From assembly GCA_963763215.1 (NCBI GenBank), contig CAVXNX010000023.1:110260-174259 (forward strand): 64,000 nt of DNA. The letters are read 5' to 3'. The notes below the pieces were generated by a model, which was not told the origin of the DNA, did not search any database, and saw nothing but the letters and a program-made list of their open reading frames with translations. Shown here one piece after another: positions 1 to 11,111 of this stretch. The translations under genes and the position numbers were made by a program. Numbering within the stretch: position 1 is the stretch's first letter; each line of letters starts with the position of its first letter. This DNA is from an uncultured Bacteroidales bacterium. Its GTDB lineage: Bacteria > Bacteroidota > Bacteroidia > Bacteroidales > GCA-2748055.

Positions 1-842
1 CGTGCCTGGAGATGGCCGTCGAGGCTGGTGGTGATCCGGCGCCCGGGGTTTCCGGAATAAAAGCGCTCCGCCAGATGATAGGCCAGCGATGGAAGATCAT
101 GCGGGCTCCCCGGCAGGGGTTCCGCAAGTGAAAGGTCATAGGATATCCGGTCGAGATAATGGCGTTCATAAAGTTTTTTCAGCAACCGGTTCCGCTTTTC
201 GAGAAGTTTCTGCCTGTTCTTTCCCGGGTAGATGAGCGAGGGTGCATTGGGAAGAACGGCAAGGGTCGCCGATTCGGCCCATGAGAGGGAGAAGGGGTCG
301 CGGCCGAAATACCGCCATGAGGCGGCTTCAAGCCCGACGACATTTCCCCCGAAGGGAGCATTCGCCGCATACATCCGGAGAATGTCAGCCTTGGTGAAAG
401 CGAGTTCGAGTCGCAGGGAAAGCAGCATTTCGACCAGTTTCTCGGCAACCGTTCTTCTCTTTCCTTTCCTGGAAAGCCGGATGACCTGCATGGTGATGGT
501 GCTTCCCCCGCTGACGATCCGGCGCGCGCGGAAATTCTGAACCATCGCCCGTCCCAGGGCCAAAGGATTGATGCCGGGATGCCTGTAGAAATATTCGTCC
601 TCGAAAAGGCGGATCGACGCTGAAAATTTTTCCGGAAGGCTGTCGGCGGCCGGGAAACGCCACTGTCCGTCATCAGCGATATGTGCCCCCACCACTTCAC
701 CCTGCCGGTCAAAGAGAACCGTGCTGAGTGGTTCACGGAAAAGCGGCTCCGGCAGGCTCAACCAGAAGAAAACGGCGATGCCCGCCATGGCCACCACGGC
801 AGGGAGAAGCCTGTAACGCCTGAATATTCCGGTGCTGTGCAT
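1..842 (-). CDS. pbpC: Penicillin-binding protein 1C, N-terminal transglycosylase part (partial; continues past the left edge)
   Basis: The frame is open to the window edge, so it is absent from the ORF track. Reverse-strand translation from the ATG at 840-842 gives MHSTGIFRRYRLLPAVVAMAGIAVFFWLS (membrane anchor). It then gives RLFEDEYFYRHPGINPLAL, GGSTITMQVIRL and RMYAANAPFGGNVVGLEAASWRYFG, which are glycosyltransferase-51 motifs as in PBP1C. Confidence 0.85.
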   Translation of the reverse strand, partial: MHSTGIFRRYRLLPAVVAMAGIAVFFWLSLPEPLFREPLSTVLFDRQGEVVGAHIADDGQWRFPAADSLPEKFSASIRLFEDEYFYRHPGINPLALGRAMVQNFRARRIVSGGSTITMQVIRLSRKGKRRTVAEKLVEMLLSLRLELAFTKADILRMYAANAPFGGNVVGLEAASWRYFGRDPFSLSWAESATLAVLPNAPSLIYPGKNRQKLLEKRNRLLKKLYERHYLDRISYDLSLAEPLPGSPHDLPSLAYHLAERFYSGNPGRRITTSLDGHLQA

Positions 843-1057
843 CCTGTTTGGGTATGATGACAAAGATAATGAACTGACGGGTTATGTCGACATGTCGACC
901 TTGTCGTTGGTCACCTCCTGTTTATTTTTGACCTGAAGATGAACCAGAACCGGTTCCCGGGCGTTTTTACAAGGCAACGAAACGGATCAGTTCCGGCCTG
1001 TTTCAGCGAAACCCACTCGTTCCGCCATGTTGATCCTTCTCAAGGAGGAATGTAACC

Positions 1058-2683
1058 ATGAAAAAAGCGCTGTCAATCAAGGTATTGCCATTCATTTCCC
1101 TGATCATCATCCTGTTTTCCTCCTCATGTGTGAAGGAAACCATCGATACGGGGACCTTTGACCCATCGCTGGCCATCAACGCCGGAATTGCCACGCCGAT
1201 CGGCTATCTCAACCTGAATATCGGAAATTTTGTCACTGACTCCAATGCGGTTGTAAAGCCAGACGCGTCCGGTTTAATCACGTTGTATTATTCCGATTCA
1301 ATTTACACCCCGAAAGCGGGATCCCTTTTCCTGTTCCAACCGGTAAGCCGGCAAATCCTTATTGTCAATGAGACCGGAGCACCCATCGATCTTTCGGCCT
1401 CCGGGTTGAGCCTTGACAGGGAAATCGCGATGCCTTTGAAAATAACCAATATGGGAACGGAAGCCGGGGTCGACAGCCTGACAGTCGTTCATGGCGATTT
1501 CTCAGCCACCCATTTTCTGCTGCCCTTCGGCGGGCAGACGACCCTGAGTTTCCCGGGCATCAGAAACGGGAGGACCTCCCTCTCCCGGGATTTGCCATAT
1601 GGCCAGTCCTCCTTGTCGGGAACCCTGGATGGTTATACCGTTTCGGTGAACCCCCCCGACACCGGTAAGGCTCACGGGGCTGTCATCTGTCATGTCCATA
1701 TTGCGATCCCTGCTCTGTCCGCCATAGTTCAGCCCGGTGATATCCTTGCCTCATTCGATCTGGATTTTGGCATCGACGAGTGGGGCATGATATACGGATA
1801 TACCGGTAACACCACCGTCGAACTGCCGGCCCGGTCCTTCAACGTGACCTATGAACAGGAACTGCCTGAAGGCCAGTATTATTTTGCCGATCCACGGATC
1901 AGGATCACGACTTCAAACTCCTTTGGGACTCGCATCGGAATCGGCTTCAGGACATTAAAGGCCTTTACAAAACAAGCCGGAAATGTGCCGCTCACCGGTG
2001 TGGGCGTTCCCCTGGTCCCCAATTATTTTTTTCCGTCGGAACCTGTCTCATACCAACCAGAGATTGCCGCAACAGACCATTCCGTTCTCGACAAAACGAA
2101 TTCCAATATCGTCACCGTTGTCTCCTCCGTCGTCAGGACAATCATTTACCAGCCCGATATCCTGATTTCCAGCCAGCCGCCCGGTGTTCCCGGGTTTATA
2201 AGCTCGGAAAGCAGCCTTGGAATGAAGATCGATCTCGAATTGCCATTCACAGGCAATGCCGGAATGGTCACCATGCGCGATACCATGGTTTTCAATCCTT
2301 CAACCTTTGACTTTTCAAAGGCGGGGAAAATTGACAACGTCGTGTTCAATCTCTACTATGAAAATTCATTCCCGGCGACGCTGGAGGTCCAGCTATACCT
2401 TGCCGACGCCAATCTCCGGATAATCGATAAGCTTTTCAGCCATCCTGTACCCATTGAGGGACCGGAACCATCCCCTTCGCGACAGGATAACCCGCCGGTC
2501 GTCACTGCTGCGGTGAATATGGATATCGCGCCCGGGATGCTTGATAAAATGCAAGCCGCCAGCTACCTGATTGCTGAAGGCACCCTGAATACCACGGAAA
2601 AGGTGGTCAGAATATTTGATAACCAGAGTCTTCTGCTGAAGACCGGAATCATTTTCAATCTTGACACAACCATTGGCCATTAA
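1058..2683 (+). CDS. Uncharacterised lipoprotein
   Basis: Intact 541-aa ORF. The N-terminus MKKALSIKVLPFISLIIILFSSSC is a lipoprotein signal with a lipobox Cys. No family recognised. Confidence 0.65.
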   Translation: MKKALSIKVLPFISLIIILFSSSCVKETIDTGTFDPSLAINAGIATPIGYLNLNIGNFVTDSNAVVKPDASGLITLYYSDSIYTPKAGSLFLFQPVSRQILIVNETGAPIDLSASGLSLDREIAMPLKITNMGTEAGVDSLTVVHGDFSATHFLLPFGGQTTLSFPGIRNGRTSLSRDLPYGQSSLSGTLDGYTVSVNPPDTGKAHGAVICHVHIAIPALSAIVQPGDILASFDLDFGIDEWGMIYGYTGNTTVELPARSFNVTYEQELPEGQYYFADPRIRITTSNSFGTRIGIGFRTLKAFTKQAGNVPLTGVGVPLVPNYFFPSEPVSYQPEIAATDHSVLDKTNSNIVTVVSSVVRTIIYQPDILISSQPPGVPGFISSESSLGMKIDLELPFTGNAGMVTMRDTMVFNPSTFDFSKAGKIDNVVFNLYYENSFPATLEVQLYLADANLRIIDKLFSHPVPIEGPEPSPSRQDNPPVVTAAVNMDIAPGMLDKMQAASYLIAEGTLNTTEKVVRIFDNQSLLLKTGIIFNLDTTIGH

Positions 2684-2738
2684 ACAGACAGTCCGGTGTG
2701 ATACCGGTACGCCACTACTGTGTCATCGCCTATTGGTG

Positions 2739-4272
2739 ATGATCGCACTGTTTCTATTGTCTGGAATGTTCCTGGCACGAGTTAACGGACAGGACAAAAC
2801 GCAGTATCTTCTCCCGGAAATCCCGTGGAGCATCAACCTTAATCCCGCCATTTCCAATCCCTGCCGGACCTTTATCGGACCCCCCATATTGTCTGACCTG
2901 GGTTTCTTTTTCCGTAACAACGGATTCTCCTGGAACGAGGCCTTTTCAGAGAATAATGAAGCATCCGGGAATTCCCTCCGGTTGAACGCCGACCGCCTGT
3001 CGAAGGTCATCGGCAACCGGAATCATATCCGGACCGGCACGGATATAGGTTTATTCGGTTTCGGATTTCAGCACAAGGACTGGTATTTTTCGGTGATGGC
3101 TACAAACCGCTCTGCCGCACGGTTGACCTTCCGGCGTGATCTGATCGATGCCCGCGACGGGAACTGGGATCCCGCCGCCAATAAGCCACGACAGCTTAAC
3201 CTCAATGGTACCGGCATCTATTTCATCGATTACAATGAGCTGGCTTTCGGCGCATCACATGAAGTATACGACGGTTTAAGGGTGGGGGGAAGGGTGAAAT
3301 TCCTTCTCGGAGCCGGCAACATCCAGACTCGCCGGTCGCAACTCGGTCTCAATACCACGGTAAACTCCGATCGAGCTCTTCGGCAATTCGGATATCCTGA
3401 TCCGCGCGTCGATGCCGGCACAGGTCATCCTGAATAATCGCGGCATGGTGAGACAGATTACCTCTCCCGTGCAGGGCGTTGCAGACCTTCCTGCCTACAT
3501 GGTCGCTGGAAATTACGGGGCGGCTGTCGATGCCGGGATCCTTTACGATTATTCCGACAGGTTGACCCTTTCGGCAAGCATCCTCGATCTGGGGTTTATC
3601 TGGTGGAGAAAAAACCTGACAGCCCTTTCTCAGAAAGAGACGTTCGTCTTCAGCGGCTTCGACCTGGACACCTACATCCGTACCGGAACACAGGCAGATC
3701 TGCTGACGGCCCTGGAAGACAGCATTTCGAAAAATTTCAGCCTCTCGCAGTCGTCCGGATCCTATGTGGCACTTATCCCGACAAGGATTTTCGGTGCAGC
3801 GGGCTACCACCTGAATAGCCGTCTCGAATTCGGTTCGGTGGTTGAGCTGGAGATCCTCAGCGGCACGGTCAGCCCGGGTCTGACCTTTACTGCCGTATCC
3901 CGTCCGGTGGATGGCCTGGCGTTGTCGCTGAGTTATTCCCTCATGGACCGGGCATATAATAACCTCGGTTTTGGGCTGGTGGCCGGCAGCCATCCCGTTC
4001 AGTTCTTTTTCGTCACCGATCATATCCCGGCCTCCTACGTGAAGGACAAAAACTCCGGCCTGATCTGGCCATACCGTGCCCGGACGATGAATGTGCGACT
4101 GGGATTCAGTGTTCTGCTGGGCTGTCAGGACAACCGGCCGGGTTACCGGAAGCCGGAAGAAGCAAGTACTGTCCGGCCTATCGCTGAAGCAGCCGGCTTT
4201 GGAACAACCCCGCATTATTCCTCATCGGTGACCTCAACCCATTGCCCGGTGAGGACGGCCGCTACATCATGA
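2739..4272 (+). pseudogene. Putative outer-membrane beta-barrel protein, one frame break near 3410-3440
   Basis: ORFs 2661..3437 and 3412..4272 overlap in different frames and read as one protein. Signal-like MIALFLLSGMFLARVNGQ (my chosen start). Beta-strand-like segments GLFGFGFQHKDWYFSV, LRVGGRVKFLLGAG, NVRLGFSVLLG. Confidence 0.5.
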
Positions 4273-4284
4273 TTATACATGGCT

Positions 4285-7200
4285 TCACAGGAGACCGAGG
4301 GCAGAGTAGTATTTTCCTTTATAAGCCGCCGTCAGTTTAACGGCAAAATGTTTTGTCTGATGACTCGTCAAATTAAAGTAACGATAAATCCGGTCATCTC
4401 TTATATCCTGGTAATCAGGATTGTCAAAATCACCGATTTTTGATCCGAACAATCGGGCGTTCTGGATTTCCCATCCTGGAGGAAAGATCTGCGTCAGCGC
4501 CAGGTTTTCATAATGCCCCAGCGATCCCGGATTGGTGACCGTAATGATCGCCATGAAATCCTGGCCCTGCCCAAGCCGTGCGATATTGACCGTGCTTCCG
4601 TCCATGGCCCTGTATTCGATCTGCATCTGAAGGTTCCTGGCCGACGCTTTTTCCTGACCCGGAAGCGGCGTGCCGGCCAATGAAAGGCGGACAAACAAGG
4701 TTCCCTTGCTCCGGTTGGTCAATTCCACACTTTCCTGTTCCTTGCCTCCGAAGGTTTTGCGGATTTCAGAGAGTGGGAAACGGGTCGCGGCATGCTGCGT
4801 TTTTTCGTTTCCGAAATGGAAATCATAGCTGATGTCATGACTCGTTTTGTCACCGCCGCCGAGGAATTCAGACACCGCCAGGAGGGCATAAGCCGTGCTC
4901 TGGGTGCTATACCAGCTTTCGCCGGAAAGATGGTCAGAAATAAACCTGATCACGGGACGGCCTGTTCCCGGTCACCAAGAAGGGTCATGGTTTCCAGAAT
5001 CATGGCTTTGTCCCGCAATTCCGATCCGAAGTATCCGACGGGGTAGTTCATGGCCGGTTTCGGTGGTCAGGTTTTGTACCATGTTCCGGGCCGTCTCTTG
5101 CTGGCCGGCAAGAGAATAAGCTGCCGCCAGGCGCCAGGCGGCCAGGCTGTAGATATCCTGAACCTCCCTCAGGCGGTTCATGGCGCCGAGTTCGGGAGCG
5201 CCTGCCAGAGCGAGCGTATATAACCGGTAGGCCTGGACCAGTTCGTCCTGTTGCTTGTCCCACTTATCCTGGTAGCCGCGCTTTCTCCAGTTTCGGGCCG
5301 TCTTCCTTTGGTAACCAGTCCAGTTTGTGATCCACGCCGACGGGACTTCATAGCCGCCCTCGCGTGCCTTCAGCAGGAAGTGGCCGGCATAACAGGTGCC
5401 CCATTCATTTTCTGTCCCCGAGGTGGGCCAGTAACCGAAGCCGCCTGACGGAAGGATAAATTTCCCAAGTTTTTCGATGGCCGCCTTCACATTGACCGGG
5501 ATGAGCCGTGCGTTTTCTTCACCCACATCCATAACGTTCTGGAGATAAAGCTGGGGAAATGCCGAAGACGTGACCTGTTCGACGCACCCGTGAGGATAGG
5601 TGACCAGGTATTTCAGACGACGGCCAAAATCGATCGGGGGAATCGACGAGACCTCCAGTATACCGGAATTGGTGCCCGACATACCGGGAAGGGCGAAGGA
5701 TTTCTTCATTCCTTCTCCCGGGTTGATCACCCCGTAAATCATGTCGGTGATGGAGGGATTGGATGGCCGGATGTCGAGTTCCGTCTCGTAGCTGGCTGTT
5801 TCCTTTCCCGATTTAACGTCCACGTGTATTTTTCCCAGGCCTGTCCGGTTTTTAACGCGCAATACAAAGTCGGCATTCTGTTCGCCGGGTAGCGGTGAAA
5901 TGGATCGTGCGTGAAGGTTCGGGAATCTCGAAGAGATCATTTGCCACGACCGAGATCTCCACATCCCTGATATGATCTTCAAGGGCAAAGACCGTCACCG
6001 GAAGGCTCACCGTTTCACCGGGGCCAAGAACCCGGGGCAGGGTTGAAATCACCATCAGCGGTTTGCGAACCGGGGTGGTTTTTTCGGCATTCCCATAGGC
6101 TCCGTCGTGTGCGGCAACGACCATGGTCCGGACCGAGCCGGTATAGTTGGGAATATAGATCTTATGGGTGTTTTCGCCGTGTGCCTTCAGGATGGAAGGG
6201 GCCGAGGAATTTGACCACGGGAGGGAAGCGGTTTGCCCGTTTTTTCGGATTGGACACTTCGCCTTCTCCATCGCCACCGATGCTGAAAACCCCATCGATG
6301 CGGCCGCCATAAGCACCAAGGACATAATTGTAGAGATCGAAAGTTTTCACCCCGAGCGCTTCACGGGCATAAAAGGCCTGCCACGGATCGGGGGTGCCGA
6401 AGCGGGTCAGGTCCAGGAGGCCTTCATCCACAATCGCCATGGTATACGACATCTCCCGGCCCGATTTCTCACTCACCTTAACGGTGGTTTCCGTTTCCGG
6501 CCGGATGACATCCTCCATCCGGATCTGCGGCTGGAGATGGGTGGCTTCATCCTCAACCAGGATAGGGATGACCCCGTACATGCGGATGGGAAGATCGTTC
6601 TTGGTCTGGGCATGCGGTTGAAGAAGGGAAACATTGACATAGACATTGGGCGCCATTTCCGCGGTGACCTTGAAACTGAAACTTGTCTCAGGGCCCGTGG
6701 CTTCGAGCCAGTAATGGTCGAGAACACGAGTGCCACTTTCGATACTGAGAAAAAGTTGTCCGGATGAACTTGTCGGAATGCTGATCGTTGCCGTTTCCCC
6801 GACCTTGTAGGTCGTCCGGTCCGAGCTGAAAGGCAGGATACTGGCAGGCCTGGGGGTCGTTGCGGGAGGCCCTGCCGGCATATCCCGGCCAGTCGAAATA
6901 CACGATCCTGCTTACCGAATGGCCGCCCCGCGGATCGGCAACAACAACCAGGAACCGGCCCCACTGCGGCCGGTCCAGCCGGATATTGAACTCTCCCCGG
7001 CCATCGGCGCCCGTATTCACGGTGGTCCTGAATACGATTTCATGCGAAGAATTCCCGGAATAGGAGGCCAGATTTTCGTTCGATGAATGCCACCACCAGC
7101 GCCAGTCGAGTTTATACATCCGCACCTCAAGGTTGTTCCTTTTCACCGGTTTGCCATCTTCGGTAAGAGAAACGACCCGGAAAGTCTGCGCGGTATCGGT

Positions 7201-9806
7201 CAGAAGCCGCCCGTACCTGTCGCCTTCCGGGGCCTTCAGTCCGACATAGACCGCATAGGGGGAAAGCGGTACCGTAAAGCGGTCGATACTAAAGTCGCCG
7301 CCCTGTTCAAAAACCCGGGTTGTGAAAATGGCATTAAGCATCCCGGGAGGCTGGTTTTTCAGATCAAAATCCGGAGTGAATTCCACATGACCGGAAGCAT
7401 TGGTTTTTCCTTCAAAAAGAACCTTCTCCTCCGGTTCGAACGATTTGGACATATCGCTGAAGGCATATCCCTTGTAATCTTTAAAAGCCGTTTCTTTGGT
7501 CGAATAATTGACGTCGATGCGGGCGTTCATATTCCCGGCAATGGCGCCGTGCAGCCATTTGACATCCAGCTTACCCGTGACCGGCCGGTTGGAAGGAATA
7601 AAATCGCCGCCGAAATCCAGGCTGATTTTCAAACGGTTGGGCTTTACAGTTTCGATCCTGAGGTTCTTGTAAAAATGAAGGCCTCCCATAGCGATCTCCG
7701 CCTGCCACATTCCTGTGGGATCGTCGGGAGAAGTGGCGACAGGAAAGTAATAAAGTCCATCGGTGGCGCCGGTCAGCGTCATTTTTTTTCGCATTTTACC
7801 CGTTGGGATCGGAGAGTTCCATCGTCACGGGATGATCGTCGGGAATGCTGTGCTGCTTGTCTTCAAGGATGAAGGCGATGTGGAGCGTATCGCCCGGGCG
7901 CCATACGCCCCGTTCACCGAAAATAAATCCCTTGACCCCTTTCTGAGTATGGGCGCCGGATACATCAAACTGACTGAGTGAGATCGCCGAGCCCTGGTCG
8001 AGCCGGAGGTATCCGCGCTGATCGTCTTTTTTGGCGACCAGGAGATAAGGCTGCGAACCCGGAGTCATTCCGGCAATGCCTTCATTGTCGGTCGTCAGCG
8101 AGCCGAGTAGCTGGTTCTGGAAATTGTAGAGATTCAGCCTGACATTGCTGACCGGTTTGGCGGTTCGCAAGTCGGTGACGGCAAACAGGAGCGAGTTATC
8201 TTCACCCTGTTTGGCAATGATCCCCAGGTTGGATGCCAGGACATTTCTGGCCGCCTTCCGTTCACCATACCGGAAATACGAATCGGTGCAGGGATCATTC
8301 CTTTCATTCCAGTTGTAACTGGCATATTCGTAATCATAGTCATAGTAATCATAGGTGGCATCCCAGTATGACATGTCCCCTTCGGTGAACGTGTCAAACG
8401 GATCGTCATTCCCGGTCAGGTCTTCCTCCCCGGGAGTTCCTCCGGGACAGGGAAAAAGAGATTGCTGCTTCCGGAAACTCAGCTCGACACGGTAAATGGC
8501 CCCCGGATCAGGTTTGATGAGTTCACCCAGATCGAGGGAAAAGGCATTCCATTCCCCATAATTGATGGGACGTTCCGGGACAAGATTCACCGTTTTTTTC
8601 AGGATCAGCCGTCCGGCCCTTTTCAGTTCATTATCTCCCCCGAGGCCGTTGACCTGGAGAAACTGGGCGATATTGTCCTCGAAAATCTTGATGATCTTCA
8701 CATCCACCGCTTTGAGATTGACCGCTTCGAAAGGAAAGAGCAGCCCGCCCGATTGCGGGATGATGACGCCTTCACCGATCAGCCTGACGGCGGGCTTGAT
8801 GTCTTCAAAACGAAGGGAAAGGGTCTGGGATACGGGGTAGCTGTAACCCGAGACATTTTTAATACCCGGGGAAATGGTCATATCCAGTGTACCGTACTGA
8901 CGGACAACGGGATAAACATGGATCTCGTTGCCGCTGACGGAAAATTTCAGATCGGCATTGTTTGCCAATGAGATAAGTCCGTCGAGCGACTGTGTGCTCA
9001 GGATTGGATCGGAGAAACGAAGCAAAATGAATTGTTCGGGTTGCTGGATGATCTGATGGTCCATGAGGATGAAGCTGCCGAGAGAAGGGATTTCATAGTC
9101 CCTCGATCCCTTCACCTTCATGCCTGCGGGAGCACCGTCCCAGCTGATGGTGACTTTCCCGTTCGTTCCGGTCCGCAGAACACTGTCGACCGAGAACAGA
9201 TGGATCAGTCCGCCGGGGGCATGATCCCAGCTGACCGGAAGGATCCTGCCGTCCTGCGGAAGCAACGATCAGTTCCTCGACCTGTGCGGGATCGACCACA
9301 TCGGAAACGTTCACCCTGCCGGAAATCCTGTTTTTTGAGAGGTCCGAACCCGAATACGGCCGCATTCCGAGAAAATCAACATTGAAATAGAGGGGGAGGG
9401 TGCTGAAGGAAAATTCAAAACGGCCATCTTTTTTTTCTCCGGGAAGCAGCCGGTCGAGGAAGAAGACGGCATTATATTTTGTGCCCGGGGGAAGCTTTCC
9501 TTCAGGTCGGAATTCGACGGTCCGTCTATCAGTCAGGTAAGCCTTTCCCGGAATACCGGGATCGAAGCGGAAGAGATCCTTGCCGAGGGGGAGCCCCGAT
9601 GATCCGTCGCCCGGAACGTCGGCAGAAAGCCTGACCCGGATGGTTGAGGCGGTTGAGATGATCCCGGAAGTGAAGGCGGATATGCCGGCATTGTACGCCG
9701 GGGTGGTTGGGGTTGAACCTGCCGGTTTGTTTTTCCCACACTGGGTAAAAAGTAAGGCGGCGGCGAGGAGCGGAAAGAAAAATCGGGGGAATCTGACGTT
9801 CATCAT
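4285..9806 (-). pseudogene. Bacterial alpha-2-macroglobulin family lipoprotein (thioester class), frame broken at least 7 times
   Basis: Seven colinear minus-strand ORFs (9093..9806, 7796..9265, 6688..7794, 6162..6881, 5852..6325, 4972..5988, 4285..4953) total about 1840 codons. Lipobox N-terminus MMNVRFPRFFFPLLAAALLFTQC. Thioester motif YPHGCVEQ. An extra shift recovers DKAMILETMTLLGDREQAVP between the last two pieces. Confidence 0.85.
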
Positions 9807-9863
9807 GGGAGGGATTGCGTTTTAGGTAACTCAAATTTAGACAAAATCCCGTGACAAAACGCA

Positions 9864-10280
9864 TCATGAACCGCTGTCCCGCTTGATTTTTTGCAGGAGG
9901 CTGCGGATTTTTTCTTCAATGATCAGGTAATTTTCCGGTTTTACCGCGCTGTAAACAAACATCATGTTGATCCGGATCCCCTTTTCCGAGCAATGGGTGG
10001 AAAGGTCATGGCGGTTGAGGCGATAGGCTTCCCTCATCCGGCGCTTGAGGAGATTGCGGTCGGTGGCTTTTTTGAAATTCCGCTTGGGGACGGTAAATCC
10101 GGCCTTCAGGGGAAGCCGGCGTTCTTCCGGGGTCCGTTTCCAGAAAACTTTGACCGGGGGAAGGGATGAGGACCTGCCGGAAGTGAAAAGTTCACCGATG
10201 CTTTTATCGCTTTTCAGCCTATTCGGCTTTATGGAGTGTGTTTTTGGGCATAAAAAATCCCCGGATGGTAAGTTCAGCAA
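9864..10280 (-). CDS. rnpA: Ribonuclease P protein component
   Basis: Basic 138-aa ORF with the RnpA-type core FTVPKRNFKKATDRNLLKRRMREAYRLN. Exact start uncertain. Confidence 0.8.
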   Translation of the reverse strand: MLNLPSGDFLCPKTHSIKPNRLKSDKSIGELFTSGRSSSLPPVKVFWKRTPEERRLPLKAGFTVPKRNFKKATDRNLLKRRMREAYRLNRHDLSTHCSEKGIRINMMFVYSAVKPENYLIIEEKIRSLLQKIKRDSGS

Positions 10281-10320
10281 AAATAACGCATCCGGGGGAT
10301 AATGTTAAGGCATTAATGAA

Positions 10321-11082
10321 TTACTTTTTCCCGTTTTTGTTGTATTCCCTGATAAACCGCTCAAGAGCCATCGTCATCGAAGGGGCTTCCGGGAGCGGTG
10401 CCTGGATATCAAGCCTCAGACCTGCATCCGTAACGGCTTTGGCTGTTTTTGTGCCGAATGATGCAATTTTCGTGTCGTTCTGCTTGAAATCGGGAAAGTT
10501 TTTCAATAATGATTTAATCCCTGACGGGCTGTAAAAAACAAGAATGTCATAATTGACATCGGCAAGGTCGGAGAGGTCACTGCTGACAGTCCGGTAAAGA
10601 ATGGCTCGCGTGTACTTGATCTTGTTTTTGTTCAGGAGATTCGGGATTTCTTCCTTGTGGGCGTCAGAGACAGGTAAAAGAAATTTTTCATCTTTGTGCT
10701 TAAGAATCTGCTCGAGTAAATCCGGAAATGTTCCGGTGCAGCTGTAGAAGATTTTTCGTTTCCGGTACACGATGTATTTCTGCAAATAGAATGCAGTGGA
10801 TTCCGAGATGCAAAAATACTTCATGGAATCAGGCACGTTAAGACGCATCTCTTCGGCAACCCGGAAAAAATTGTCAATGGCGTGCTTGCTGGTGAAAATC
10901 ACCGCAGAGTGAATGAGTAGATCAATTCTTGATTTTCTGAACTCCTTAACCGAAATGCCTTCCACCTGGATAAAAGGTCTGAAATCAATTCTGAGATTGT
11001 TTTTTTCAGCTAATTCGAAATAAGGGGATTTGTCAGACTCAGGCTTTGGTTGAGAAACCAAAATTTTCTTAATTTTAGTCAT
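10321..11082 (-). CDS. hemD: Uroporphyrinogen-III synthase (HemD family)
   Basis: 253-aa ORF. KILVSQPKPESDKSPYFELAEKNNLRIDFRPFIQVEG and AVIFTSKHAIDNFFRV match the Bacteroidetes HemD-type pattern as I remember it. Confidence 0.8.
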   Translation of the reverse strand: MTKIKKILVSQPKPESDKSPYFELAEKNNLRIDFRPFIQVEGISVKEFRKSRIDLLIHSAVIFTSKHAIDNFFRVAEEMRLNVPDSMKYFCISESTAFYLQKYIVYRKRKIFYSCTGTFPDLLEQILKHKDEKFLLPVSDAHKEEIPNLLNKNKIKYTRAILYRTVSSDLSDLADVNYDILVFYSPSGIKSLLKNFPDFKQNDTKIASFGTKTAKAVTDAGLRLDIQAPLPEAPSMTMALERFIREYNKNGKK

Positions 11083-11111
11083 AGACTCTCTTCTTAAATG
11101 GTTTATTTAAC

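Noticed and set aside
3349-4215. Long antisense ORFs as genes: 3349..4215(-), 7087..7872(+), 11934..12743(+), 17397..18167(+), 18298..19068(+), 50635..51576(+), 56790..57581(-), 63168..63791(-), 179..736(-)
   Set aside because: Each lies opposite to, or out of frame within, a gene with clear family motifs. Each has Arg/Gly/Pro-rich, low-complexity composition and no recognisable motifs. They are shadow ORFs.
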